Shown here piece by piece: positions 1 through 7,979 of a DNA stretch of 24,125 nt. This DNA is from a virus. Taxonomy: Duplodnaviria; Caudoviricetes. The stretch's first letter is position 1. Each line of letters starts with the position of its first letter. Where the stretch lies: IMG/VR virus record IMGVR_UViG_3300028792_000010, positions 1-24,125 of that record. The stretch is one strand, 5' to 3'. The notes beneath the pieces are model-generated. The model ran no database searches. It saw nothing but the letters and a program-made list of their open reading frames with translations, and was not told where the DNA came from. Position numbers and translations under genes: made by a program.

Positions 1-384
1 CGCCGCGTCCTCGTCGAGCAGCTCGAGCTGGACGTCGTCACGACCGGCCCAGTCCGCGGGGTCCAGCAGCTTGGGCCTGGGCGCCTTCCAGAGCGGCGTC
101 GTCGCCCACGGCAGCTCTGAGGGCGTGCTCGACCACACGCCGCGCTGCCGGGACTTCCGACCGTGCACGTCGGCCATGTGCCTCTCGAACGCCGCGCGGT
201 CGTCGGTCTCGAAGCCCGTGCAGGTCGGGAATCCGATCTCGATCCGCCCCTTGCCGCGCTCCGCGTCGCGGTTGAACCTCCGCGCGTAGCCCTTCTCTGC
301 CGCCTCGCGACGCACCTCGGGCGTCAGCTTCTTCTCGGGCTCCCACCGCTTCAGGTGGCACACCGCGTGGAACTTCCTCTTCAT
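1..384 (-). CDS. Hypothetical early protein with possible Zn-binding motif (3' end beyond window edge)
   Basis: Not in the ORF track. ATG at 384 overlaps the helicase stop (ATGA) and the frame is open to position 1: MKRKFHAVCHLKRW...TCTGFETDDRAAFERHMADVHG...LLDEDAA. GC-rich third codon positions. Confidence 0.75.
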   Translation of the reverse strand, partial: MKRKFHAVCHLKRWEPEKKLTPEVRREAAEKGYARRFNRDAERGKGRIEIGFPTCTGFETDDRAAFERHMADVHGRKSRQRGVWSSTPSELPWATTPLWKAPRPKLLDPADWAGRDDVQLELLDEDAA

Positions 385-2159
385 GACGCCCTCCTGAGCG
401 TGGTGGAGCCGCCGAGAAGGTCGGCGACGATGCGGGGGTCCTGGACCAGGTCGGCCAGCTGGCCTGCGCGCTCGCGGAGTACGGCGCGGACGCGGGAGTC
501 GATGGTGTTCTTCGCGACGATGTCGACGATCTCGATCGAGTCGTGCCGCTCCGAGCCGATCCGGTGGCAGCGGTCCTCGGCCTGCAGCGCCTCGACGAGC
601 GACCAGGGGCGCTGCAGGAACACGCAGGTGCGCGCCGCGGTGAGCGTCAGGCCCACACCGCCGGCGCCGGTGGTCACGCAGATGACGTCGAGCTCGCCGG
701 CCTGGAACGCCGCGACGGTGGCGGTGCGCTCGGCCATCGACTGGCCGCCCCAGACGTAGCCGACCCGCAACCCGGTCTCGGCGGCCTTCTCGCCCGCGAG
801 CTTGATCAGCTGCCGTGACGGCGCGAAGACCACGACCGGCTCGCCGGGGCGCTCCTCGAGCACCTCGAGCAGCGCGTCGACCTTCCAGGACGGGGCCTTG
901 AGCGTGACGGTGGTGTGCACCTTCGGCTGCCCGAACTGGTCGAACTCGTCGAGCACCTCGGTGTGCACGTCGGCGGCGGCGCTGGCCAGCTGCGAGAGCC
1001 GGGTTAGCTGCGCGAGCACGCCCATCACCGAGAGCTCGGTGCCGTCGGGCAGCTCGGCGAGCATCTGGGTCTCCATGTCGTCGTAGGCCTTGCGCCACTT
1101 CGCGGGCAGCTCGACGGTGCGGACGCTGTAGACCTTCGGCGGCAGCTGCTCGAGCACGTCGGCCTTGGCCACCCGGCGCTGCTGGCCGAGCAGGGTCAGC
1201 CGGAACTCCGGCTCGGTGGCCGGCTCCAGGCCGAGGACCTCCTCGCGGTAGTCGCCGGGCAGGGTCTGGCAGTAGCGGTGGATCCAGCGCTCGCGCGAGG
1301 GCCACGCGTCGGGGTCGAGCGCGACCAGCGAGGGCCACAGGTCGCCCGGGTGGTGGGTGATCGGGGTGCCGGACAGCGCGACGACCGCGCCGTGCTGGGC
1401 GGCCGCGCGCTTGGCCAGCCGTCGTACCGCCTGGGAGCGCTGCGCCTGCTGGTTCTTGATCAGGTGGCACTCGTCGATCACGACCGCGGCCGGGTTGAGG
1501 TCGATCAGCGCGCGCATCTCCTTGGTGCCGACGGTCGGCGCGTCGACGCGCGCGGTCTCGTAGCTCGTCACGTAGACGTCAGCGGTGCCGGCCAGCGCAC
1601 GTCGGCGCTTCGGCTCGCCGCGCCAGGCGACCGCCCGGACGTGCGGGGCCCAGACGGTCCAGGCCTCGACCCACGGGTCGACGACGGAGGCCGGGCAGAC
1701 CACCACGACCGGCCCCTCGACGTGCCGGGCCGCTGCCCACTCGACCAGTCCGAGGATGGCGGTGATCGTCTTGCCGGTGCCCGGCTCGTCGGTGATCAGT
1801 ACCCGCCCGGTCGCGGCGATCATCGCGGCGCCCTCGACCTGCCAGGGGTACGGCGTCAAGCCGATCGGCGGTGTGTAGACCGACGGTTGCGACGTCGTAC
1901 GGCGACGCACCTGGTCGGCCACCCACGCAGTCAGCGCGGGCCCCGGGCGCCACGCGGCCCCGAAGGTGCTGCCCAGCTGCACGACGGCCGGCCACGTCGC
2001 GGGCACCACCAGGGCGCCCGGCGGGTCCGACTTCGTGAACAGCGGGGTGAGCGCCTTCAGTGACCGCGCGGCGTCCGCGACGGAGTAGGGGTCGAGCCCC
2101 CCTGCCACGAGCACGATGCGCTCGTGGCAGGGGGTGAGCTCGGCGTGGATCGTGGTCAC
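381..2159 (-). CDS. SNF2-family (SF2, DExH) DNA helicase
   Basis: Q motif PYPWQ, motif I DEPGTGKT, Ia VVCPASV, II DECH, III LSGTP, V AGGVGLTL, VI QAEDRCHRIG. Confidence 0.93.
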   Translation of the reverse strand: MTTIHAELTPCHERIVLVAGGLDPYSVADAARSLKALTPLFTKSDPPGALVVPATWPAVVQLGSTFGAAWRPGPALTAWVADQVRRRTTSQPSVYTPPIGLTPYPWQVEGAAMIAATGRVLITDEPGTGKTITAILGLVEWAAARHVEGPVVVVCPASVVDPWVEAWTVWAPHVRAVAWRGEPKRRRALAGTADVYVTSYETARVDAPTVGTKEMRALIDLNPAAVVIDECHLIKNQQAQRSQAVRRLAKRAAAQHGAVVALSGTPITHHPGDLWPSLVALDPDAWPSRERWIHRYCQTLPGDYREEVLGLEPATEPEFRLTLLGQQRRVAKADVLEQLPPKVYSVRTVELPAKWRKAYDDMETQMLAELPDGTELSVMGVLAQLTRLSQLASAAADVHTEVLDEFDQFGQPKVHTTVTLKAPSWKVDALLEVLEERPGEPVVVFAPSRQLIKLAGEKAAETGLRVGYVWGGQSMAERTATVAAFQAGELDVICVTTGAGGVGLTLTAARTCVFLQRPWSLVEALQAEDRCHRIGSERHDSIEIVDIVAKNTIDSRVRAVLRERAGQLADLVQDPRIVADLLGGSTTLRRAS

Positions 2160-2161
2160 GA

Positions 2162-3082
2162 TCAGCCCTGGCCGCCGGTGAGCCGCGCCAGCAGCTCCTG
2201 CTGCTCCGGGGACAGGTCAGCCGGCGGCGTCGGCCCGGGAGCCGCAACCGACTGCTGAACCTGCTGAGCCGGAGCCTGCGGCTGGACGGGCTGCGCAGCC
2301 GGAGGGAAGCCCTGCTGCGGAGCCTGGACCTGGTGCTGAACCGGCGCCTGGGGCGCCTGCTCCTGGTGCTGAGCCGGCTGCTCCTGGTACTGGACCGGCT
2401 GCTGGACCGGCGCCTGCGGGACAGCACCGGCCGGGGGCTGGTACCGAACCTGCACGACGTTGGCCGGGTTGAGGCCGGCCCCGCTGTTGCGGCGACCGAC
2501 CAGCGTGATCACGATGCCGGCGCCACCCTGCGGCGGACCGTACGCCCCAGCCTCGGCCATCGCCCGGACCAGCTCGTCGCGAGCCTGGCCCTTGACCCAC
2601 CAGGTGGCCTCCCCGTCCGGGAACTCCGGGCTGGGCTGCACCTTGAGCGGGACCTTCATCGCGAACTTCGGGCGCCCGTCGCGGTAGGTCAGCGGCGCCT
2701 TGGTGTTGAAGTCGGTCTGCTGCTGGACGTCGGCGTGTGTCACGTCGCGAGCGACGATCCCGGCGTACGACGTCCCCACCGGCTTCTGCGAACGGTCGGC
2801 GTTGGTCCAGCTGATCGACGGCCCGGTCGAGGCGCTCGGCTGGGCGTAGTAGTCGTCGAGGTTGCCCTGGGCGAGCGGCTGGGTCGGGGCCTGAGCAGGG
2901 GCCTGGGCCGGGTACTGATGCTGATGCTGCGGGTAGCCCTGGGGCGGGTATCCGGGGGCGGGAGCCGGCGGGTAGGCCTGCTGGGGCGGGTACGGCTGCT
3001 GACCCTGCTGGGGCGGGTACGGCTGCTGACCCTGCTGGGGCGCCTGGGGGTACTGCGGCGGGTACTGCTGCTGCTGCGTCAT
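2162..3082 (-). CDS. Actinophage-type ssDNA-binding protein with Gln/Pro-rich termini
   Basis: Start reassigned to ATG 3082 (AGGAG RBS upstream). The core QQQTDFNTKAPLTYRDGRPKF...WWVKGQARDELVRAM...RYQPP resembles the actinophage SSB-like family. Lies between exonuclease/MTase and helicase. Confidence 0.65.
   Translation of the reverse strand: MTQQQQYPPQYPQAPQQGQQPYPPQQGQQPYPPQQAYPPAPAPGYPPQGYPQHQHQYPAQAPAQAPTQPLAQGNLDDYYAQPSASTGPSISWTNADRSQKPVGTSYAGIVARDVTHADVQQQTDFNTKAPLTYRDGRPKFAMKVPLKVQPSPEFPDGEATWWVKGQARDELVRAMAEAGAYGPPQGGAGIVITLVGRRNSGAGLNPANVVQVRYQPPAGAVPQAPVQQPVQYQEQPAQHQEQAPQAPVQHQVQAPQQGFPPAAQPVQPQAPAQQVQQSVAAPGPTPPADLSPEQQELLARLTGGQG
2977..3042. repeat. 27-bp in-frame tandem repeat (about 2.4 copies) encoding QQGQQPYPP
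   Basis: cctgctggggcgggtacggctgctgac is identical at 2977-3003 and 3004-3030, with a partial third copy at 3031-3042. Confidence 0.9.
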
Positions 3083-3123
3083 GCGTGCTCCTGGTGGAAG
3101 GGGTATTGTGAAGTGGGCCGGGC

Positions 3124-3762
3124 TCAGCCGGTGAGGCTTGGCGCGGCGGCCGCCTCGGAGGAGGCGGAGATCGTGGAGATCGCGGCGCTGACAGAGCCAG
3201 AGCCGGGGAAGAGGTCGACGACGGTGTCGCCCGCCTCGTAGCCGAGCGCGTTGAGAACCCAATGAGTCCACTCAGGTGGCTTCGCGCCGGCGAATCCGAT
3301 AGACGGAACAGGGGTGAGCAGGGTGTCGTTCATCCGCCGGCCGCTTGCGCGCGAGCGGCGGCCCTCCGGCGGCAGCACGATCACGGCTTCCCAGTTGGAC
3401 TGGATCCGGTGACCGCCCGGGATCGACCTGGTGCGCAGCCACGCCATGACCCGAGCCGCTACAGGCAGCGGGTGATAGGCACCGAGCCCGTCAGGCGTTG
3501 TCGCGATGGCCCAGCCGTCGTACTCCTCGCAGAGCGACTCGAGCAGGCTGCGATGCGCGCTGAGGTCGTCCCAGTCAGCGGCCGCGGGGTGGAAGTCCGC
3601 CGGCCGCGCACCACCCGGGCTCTGCCGCACGGTGCCTGGAGGCTCCCCGTACCAGCGCACGGCACGAGACCTGTAGGTGACGCGCAGCGGCCCCCCGGAT
3701 GTGTCCCGGCGCTCGCCGATCATCGGTGGATACGGCGGATCGGCAATCGCGAGCAGGGCCAT
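3124..3762 (-). CDS. Orphan amino-DNA methyltransferase, beta class (probably N6-adenine)
   Basis: ATG 3762 overlaps the upstream stop (TGATG). Catalytic DPPY lies near the N-terminus and SAM-binding VVDLFPGSGS near the C-terminus, preceded by KPPEW. Confidence 0.85.
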   Translation of the reverse strand: MALLAIADPPYPPMIGERRDTSGGPLRVTYRSRAVRWYGEPPGTVRQSPGGARPADFHPAAADWDDLSAHRSLLESLCEEYDGWAIATTPDGLGAYHPLPVAARVMAWLRTRSIPGGHRIQSNWEAVIVLPPEGRRSRASGRRMNDTLLTPVPSIGFAGAKPPEWTHWVLNALGYEAGDTVVDLFPGSGSVSAAISTISASSEAAAAPSLTG

Positions 3763-4586
3763 CAGCTGCTCACCGACCCGGAGCAGCCGGGGCCGCCGTC
3801 GCGCGCGGCCTGGGGCCGGTAGAACGGGCAGAAGTAGCACTCGTCGGCGTCGGTGGTCGCCGGCACGTCGTTGAGGCGCATGCGCTGCGCGAGGATCTCC
3901 TCGGCGTAGTTGCGCCGTACGACGGTCTCGGCGAACACGCGCTCGAGCAGCTCGGCGTTCTCCGGGAGCAGCCGGCCGTCCTCGTCGGCGAACCTGCGCT
4001 CCCAGACGTAGAGCCCGTCCAGGCTCGCCGCGGTGCGCGGGTAGGCCGCGAGCACCACCCGACGCACCGGCAGGCCCATGCGCTGGTAGCCCAGGCCGTA
4101 GAGCAGCAGCTGCACCACGTACTTGCGCGGCGGGTCCTTGCGCACCTTGGCCATCGAGGACTCGCCGAGGAACTTGTGGTCGACGACCGCGCGCTCGGCG
4201 GCGTCGTACAGGTCCGCGGTGCCCGGGTGGTCCGGGTGCGGGGTGACCTTCTGCTCGGCCACCCAGCGCAGCACGCCGCGGCGCTTGTTGTCGGCCTCGA
4301 ACGCGTCAGCCGCCCAGGCGTGGCAGGCGGTGCCGACGATCGAGGGCCACGGGTCCACCACGTGGTTGGTCGCCGGCAGGGCCGCCATCTTGCCGGCCAC
4401 CTGCCGGTCGCAGGCCACACCGAGCTCGGACGGGCCGAGGTGCTGCTGCAGGGTGCGCGGTGCCCGGGCAGCGTGCTCGAGGAACACCCGACGCAGGTCG
4501 CTGGCGTAGCGCGACGCCCACGGGGTGCTGCCGCCGACGGGTGCCGGGGCAGCGGCCATGAAGTCGGCGGGGGACTGGGTCGTCAC
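3762..4586 (-). CDS. Cas4-like/RecB-family PD-(D/E)XK exonuclease
   Basis: GTG 4586 (GTGA overlap). Motifs GPSELGVAC, GTACH, E..GTADL..VVDHK, QLLLY and C-terminal CYFCPF...C (Fe-S-type cysteine pattern). Confidence 0.85.
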   Translation of the reverse strand: MTTQSPADFMAAAPAPVGGSTPWASRYASDLRRVFLEHAARAPRTLQQHLGPSELGVACDRQVAGKMAALPATNHVVDPWPSIVGTACHAWAADAFEADNKRRGVLRWVAEQKVTPHPDHPGTADLYDAAERAVVDHKFLGESSMAKVRKDPPRKYVVQLLLYGLGYQRMGLPVRRVVLAAYPRTAASLDGLYVWERRFADEDGRLLPENAELLERVFAETVVRRNYAEEILAQRMRLNDVPATTDADECYFCPFYRPQAARDGGPGCSGSVSS

Positions 4587-4774
4587 AGGCCGGCCCCCGG
4601 GAACTGCTTCTCGGTCAGTCGGTTGAACATCGCGACCATGGCGTCGCCGTGGATCAACCGGATGTGCTCGCGCATGCCCGTGATGGACTCGGCCACGGTG
4701 GTCGGGTTCTCGAGCGCCTTTACCTCGCACAGAGGACAGCGCTCGACCCGGGCCAGCAGCTCGGTGCGGCTCAC
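4583..4774 (-). CDS. Small C2H2 zinc-finger-like protein
   Basis: 63 aa with C-x2-C-x20-H-x4-H. Overlaps both neighbours by 4 nt. Confidence 0.7.
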   Translation of the reverse strand: MSRTELLARVERCPLCEVKALENPTTVAESITGMREHIRLIHGDAMVAMFNRLTEKQFPGAGL

Positions 4775-5151
4775 TCCGACGCACCCGCCGTCGCGGCCTT
4801 GAGGGTCCAGCTGCCGCTCTTCTTCGCGAAGCGGACGTAGGTCTCGGGGTCGACGGCCTTGAACGACCGGGAGTCGAAGCGCCAGGTCTCGGAGTACGTG
4901 AGCCGCAGCGCCGGACCGGCCGGGCCGTTGAGCTCGATCTTCGGCTGACCGGGGGCTGCGTCGGTCAGCTCGCGCTTGATCGCGTCGGTGACCGCCTTGA
5001 GCTGCTCGTTGGCGGCGTCCGCGGTGGCCTTCAGCTGCGCGTAGCGGGCGTGCAGGTCCTCGAGCCGGCTGCCCGTGTCGGGCTGCACCAGCACGGGACC
5101 GGTGCCCTCGATCGCGGCCGTGGGCTCGGTGGGGATCGGGTCGGTGGTCAC
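4771..5151 (-). CDS. Hypothetical phage protein, coiled-coil, recombination-module associated
   Basis: GTG 5151 (GTGA overlap). Helical YAQLKATADAANEQLKAVTDAIK segment and FDSRSFKAVDPETY motif, reminiscent of C-terminal parts of YqaJ-type proteins. Confidence 0.7.
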   Translation of the reverse strand: MTTDPIPTEPTAAIEGTGPVLVQPDTGSRLEDLHARYAQLKATADAANEQLKAVTDAIKRELTDAAPGQPKIELNGPAGPALRLTYSETWRFDSRSFKAVDPETYVRFAKKSGSWTLKAATAGASE

Positions 5152-5576
5152 GGTGTCGGGTCTCCTGCGTGGTCGTTGGCGAAGTGGCGGTCCCGGTCCT
5201 TCTCGAAGAGCCGCTCGCCGCAGCCGTACGGGCACGAGGGGCCGAGCAGCGCGTCGAGGGCCCGCTGGTGCCAGGGCCGTCTCGTGGTGGGGTGCTGCAG
5301 CGCGTGCAGCTTCAGCTCGAGCTCGTGGTACTGCCGGGCCCAGTGGGTAGCCGCGGCGCGCTCGCGCTTGATCGAGGTGCGCACCAGCTCGACCTCAGCG
5401 GTCAGCTCGTGCTCCAGGCGTACGACGCCGAGCCGGACCAGCCGGCGGGCGTAGGTGCGGTAGTACTGCTTGACGGCCTCGGGCGCGAGGTCCCACTTCT
5501 GCGCGTTGTCCTGGGTGTAGAGCCCGTGGGCGAGCGTCTCGACGCTCTCGACGGTGGCGGTCATCGGCTGGTTCAT
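5148..5576 (-). CDS. Hypothetical protein with C-terminal zinc finger
   Basis: ATG 5576 (ATGA overlap). C-terminal CPYGC-x11-H-x4-H. Confidence 0.7.
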   Translation of the reverse strand: MNQPMTATVESVETLAHGLYTQDNAQKWDLAPEAVKQYYRTYARRLVRLGVVRLEHELTAEVELVRTSIKRERAAATHWARQYHELELKLHALQHPTTRRPWHQRALDALLGPSCPYGCGERLFEKDRDRHFANDHAGDPTP

Positions 5577-5980
5577 GACGCCGCCTCCAGGCACCGCGCG
5601 ATCGCGGAGTCGACGTCGACGAACTCCTTGCCGAACGGCACGAGCTGCTGGGTGCGCAGCAGGAAGAAGTAGGCGACGCTGGCCCGGGTGAGCACGGTGC
5701 AGGTGCGAGCCCCGTTGTCCAGGTCGAGACCCAGCGCCATGACCACGCGGCGGTAGGTCACGTCACCGGCGCCGAACAGCACCCCGGGGGTCGTCAGCGC
5801 CGCCCACAGCAGGTCGCGCGACAGGACCCACGTCACGTGTACGTCGGGCTGGGAGTCGGCGGTCACGGTCATCGACACGGCGTACGGGTCGGTCGCGACA
5901 TAGGACCAGTCGATCTGGACCGGCTCGGGGGCCCCGTCGGCTTCGCGGAGGTTGCCCCGGGTGCGCGACTGGACGCTCAT
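5573..5980 (-). CDS. SsgA-family (SALP) sporulation/cell-division regulator homolog
   Basis: 135 aa with SALP signature blocks in order: Y..DPYAV, V.W..SRDLL, G.GDV, FL.RT..LVP.G.E..DVD. Confidence 0.85.
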   Translation of the reverse strand: MSVQSRTRGNLREADGAPEPVQIDWSYVATDPYAVSMTVTADSQPDVHVTWVLSRDLLWAALTTPGVLFGAGDVTYRRVVMALGLDLDNGARTCTVLTRASVAYFFLLRTQQLVPFGKEFVDVDSAIARCLEAAS

Positions 5981-6588
5981 GACGCGCCGCCGCGCTGGTC
6001 CGGAACGGCCGTGAGGGCGAAGGGGATCGGGGCGTCGACGTCGAGGTCCTCGAGCGGCTCGACGACCTTGAGCGCCGGGCGCGGCTGGGCGACGTCCGTG
6101 ATCATGTAGTGCTCGTCCGGCTGCTCCGGGTGAGGGGTGGAGTCACAGCGCCAGGGGCCGAACGCCCAGTCGCAGGTGGTGTTGTCGGGGGCGCAGGGCA
6201 CCAAGGTGAGCGCGACAGGAACGTGCTCGGCTGGGGTGACCTTCGATCCCGGGGCCGCAGCGGCATGCCCGGCCCGGGTGACGTTGACGCCCCCGACAAG
6301 CTGGTGGTTCCGGGTCATCGCGCGCAGGGCGCAGTCCCGGAAGTTCTCGTAGTACGCCATCCGCGCCTCGACGACGACCAGGTCGAAGGCGGGTGCGTGG
6401 CCGTGGACGCGGGTGCGGACGGTCTCGGTCTTCTCGAGGTGCGCGAGCATCAGCGCCGAGGCCTCGTAGAAGCGGTGCCGCGCGATCAGGGCGCGGAAGG
6501 TGGAGCCGACACCGGCGTCCACCTGCGCGAGCCACTGCTCGGGGGTGATGCCGGCCAGCACGATGCTGGTGTTGCTGCGCTCAAGCAT
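5977..6588 (-). CDS. Hypothetical early protein (possible C-x8-C-x4-H-x6-H metal site)
   Basis: 203-aa ORF with AAGGGA RBS and ATGA coupling to the SALP gene. Confidence 0.7.
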   Translation of the reverse strand: MLERSNTSIVLAGITPEQWLAQVDAGVGSTFRALIARHRFYEASALMLAHLEKTETVRTRVHGHAPAFDLVVVEARMAYYENFRDCALRAMTRNHQLVGGVNVTRAGHAAAAPGSKVTPAEHVPVALTLVPCAPDNTTCDWAFGPWRCDSTPHPEQPDEHYMITDVAQPRPALKVVEPLEDLDVDAPIPFALTAVPDQRGGAS

Positions 6589-6664
6589 GGGATGATCCCT
6601 TCGGGACGTGCCCTCGGTCCGAGCTGTAGGAGGCTGGTGGATCGGGGGCTGTTCTGTGTCGAAG

Positions 6665-6718
6665 GGCGGTCCGGCCGGGCTGGGTTCCGTTGGTAGCGGG
6701 CTACCCGGCCGGACCGCC
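6665..6718. terminator. Strong hairpin (15-bp perfect stem), putative terminator/attenuator
   Basis: ggcggtccggccggg (6665-6679) pairs with cccggccggaccgcc (6704-6718). No U-tract. Confidence 0.55.
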
Positions 6719-6730
6719 TATTCAGTTGTC
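6718..6730 (-). promoter_or_regulatory. boxA-like antitermination motif GACAACTGAATAG
   Basis: AT-rich element resembling the actinobacterial rrn-leader boxA region (GAGAACTCAAYAG). It abuts the 5' arm of the 15-bp hairpin on the minus strand. Confidence 0.45.
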
Positions 6731-6839
6731 CCGAGGCCTATGGCCGGACCTTCGGGGGCCGTCTCCCGGGGGAAGTCGGAGACGGACGGTTGAACCCGGC
6801 GGCAACGTGACGGGGGAGACAGGTCACCGCCGGGAGCTT

Positions 6840-6974
6840 CTAGGCCGCGTGTCTCCCGCGGTCCTGGTCGAGGTGCTGCTCGGCGGCGATCATCCGAGCC
6901 GCGGCCTGGACCTGGGCGTCGGTGATCGGCGGCTCGAGCGAGGCGAGGTGCTCGCCGTACTCACGGGGGGTCAC
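6840..6974 (-). CDS. Small hypothetical protein downstream of Cro (44 aa)
   Basis: Not in the ORF track. GTG overlaps the Cro stop (GTGA): MTPREYGEHLASLEPPITDAQVQAAARMIAAEQHLDQDRGRHAA. Confidence 0.7.
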   Translation of the reverse strand: MTPREYGEHLASLEPPITDAQVQAAARMIAAEQHLDQDRGRHAA

Positions 6975-7210
6975 GCCGCCTGCACCTCGACGACCTGGAA
7001 CAGGTCCTCGAACTTCTTGCCGGTGACGTGCATGAAGGCGGCGATGAACTTGGGGGACGGCTCGACGTCCCCGCTGTGGACGCGGTAGGCGGTGGCGGAG
7101 GAGACCTCCATGCGGCGAGCCAACTCGTCTCGACTGATGCCGAGCTCCTGACAGTGGGCGTAGAGGACGCCCTCCCTGAGCCTGATCTGCCGCTGGATCG
7201 TCTTCTGCAC
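6971..7210 (-). CDS. Cro-like XRE helix-turn-helix regulator
   Basis: GTG 7210 with GGGGAG RBS. HTH SRDELARRMEVSSATAYRVHSG followed by PSPKF. Divergent from the repressor. Confidence 0.85.
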   Translation of the reverse strand: MQKTIQRQIRLREGVLYAHCQELGISRDELARRMEVSSATAYRVHSGDVEPSPKFIAAFMHVTGKKFEDLFQVVEVQAA

Positions 7211-7259
7211 CGTTCTCCCCGTTCTGTTTGCTGCCCGACCGGATTTCTCCGGTCTAGGG

Positions 7260-7348
7260 CCTATGCACGGCACCCTATGCACGAGTGCCTAGCGTAGGCA
7301 ACACGACACGCGGGTTTCTATGCACGCGTGCATACGCTCTTGTAGGCT
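7260..7348. promoter_or_regulatory. Genetic switch: operators and divergent promoters
   Basis: Perfect palindrome TATGCACGCGTGCATA at 7319-7334, a 14/16 copy TATGCACGAGTGCCTA at 7276-7291, and a half-site CCTATGCACG at 7260-7269. Minus-strand promoter TTGCCT(7301-7296)-N18-TAGGGT(7277-7272). Plus-strand -10 TAGGCT at 7343-7348. Confidence 0.75.
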
Positions 7349-7355
7349 CGACTGC

Positions 7356-7940
7356 ATGAACTGGTCTGAATTCGTGGCACGACTGATCGCGGGGGAGACT
7401 CAGGTGACCGTCTCGCAGAAGACGGGCATCGATCAGACGACCATCAGCCGCTGGCTCCGGGGCGCCAACCGCCCCAAGGACCCGGCGACGGTCGCCCACT
7501 TCGCGCAGGTGTACGCCGCCAACGTCCTCGAGGCGTTCGTGGCTGCGGGCTTCCTCACGCCAGAAGAGGCCGGCATGCCACCAACGCCAGCGTTCGACTT
7601 CGCGGCGATGGTCGATGCGGATCCCGCGTTGTCCCGTGAAGCCAAGATCCACCTGAAGAACCAGTACGGGTTGCTCAAGGACGCAACGGTGAGTGCGCGC
7701 GCTCTGGCGCTACGCGAGCAGATCGAGCGGCTGACGTCCGTGGATGAACGCACCAGGAATCACCTGCTCTCGTTCCTCGACGGTGAGCACGACAGTCAAG
7801 CCACGGTCGCTGCTGTCATCGCCCGCGAGCTGCATCATCCGAGCTACCCCGACCTGGTGCCGATCGCAGCCCGCCAGAGCACCGGCAACGAAGTCGAGAC
7901 GCTCGACGACAACCAACAGACCGCGCGAGAAGACGCGTAA
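7356..7940 (+). CDS. Immunity repressor (XRE HTH, ImmR/CI-like)
   Basis: HTH TQVTVSQKTGIDQTTISRWLRG. ATG 7356 lies 7 nt after a -10 (leaderless). Followed by an ImmA-type gene. Confidence 0.85.
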   Translation: MNWSEFVARLIAGETQVTVSQKTGIDQTTISRWLRGANRPKDPATVAHFAQVYAANVLEAFVAAGFLTPEEAGMPPTPAFDFAAMVDADPALSREAKIHLKNQYGLLKDATVSARALALREQIERLTSVDERTRNHLLSFLDGEHDSQATVAAVIARELHHPSYPDLVPIAARQSTGNEVETLDDNQQTAREDA

Positions 7941-7950
7941 CCCGCCCCGC

Positions 7951-7972
7951 TGTCCGTGCCGGCCTCTAGGCT
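7951..7972 (+). promoter_or_regulatory. RecA-NDp/PafBC-type DNA-damage promoter
   Basis: TGTCCGTG-N8-TAGGCT versus consensus TGTCRgtg-N8-TAnnnT (one mismatch), 7 nt before ATG 7980. Confidence 0.6.
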
Positions 7973-7979
7973 CCCCGTC

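Noticed and set aside
3762-4586. Cas4-like nuclease as evidence of CRISPR-Cas
   Set aside because: There is no array and no other cas gene. Solo Cas4-like exonucleases are common in phage recombination modules.
3124-4586. MTase plus nuclease as a restriction-modification pair
   Set aside because: The nuclease has RecB/Cas4 exonuclease motifs and sits in a recombination context, unlike a type II restriction endonuclease.
6589-6840. tRNA or CRISPR array in the hairpin-rich region
   Set aside because: No cloverleaf or T-loop consensus, and no regularly spaced direct repeats.
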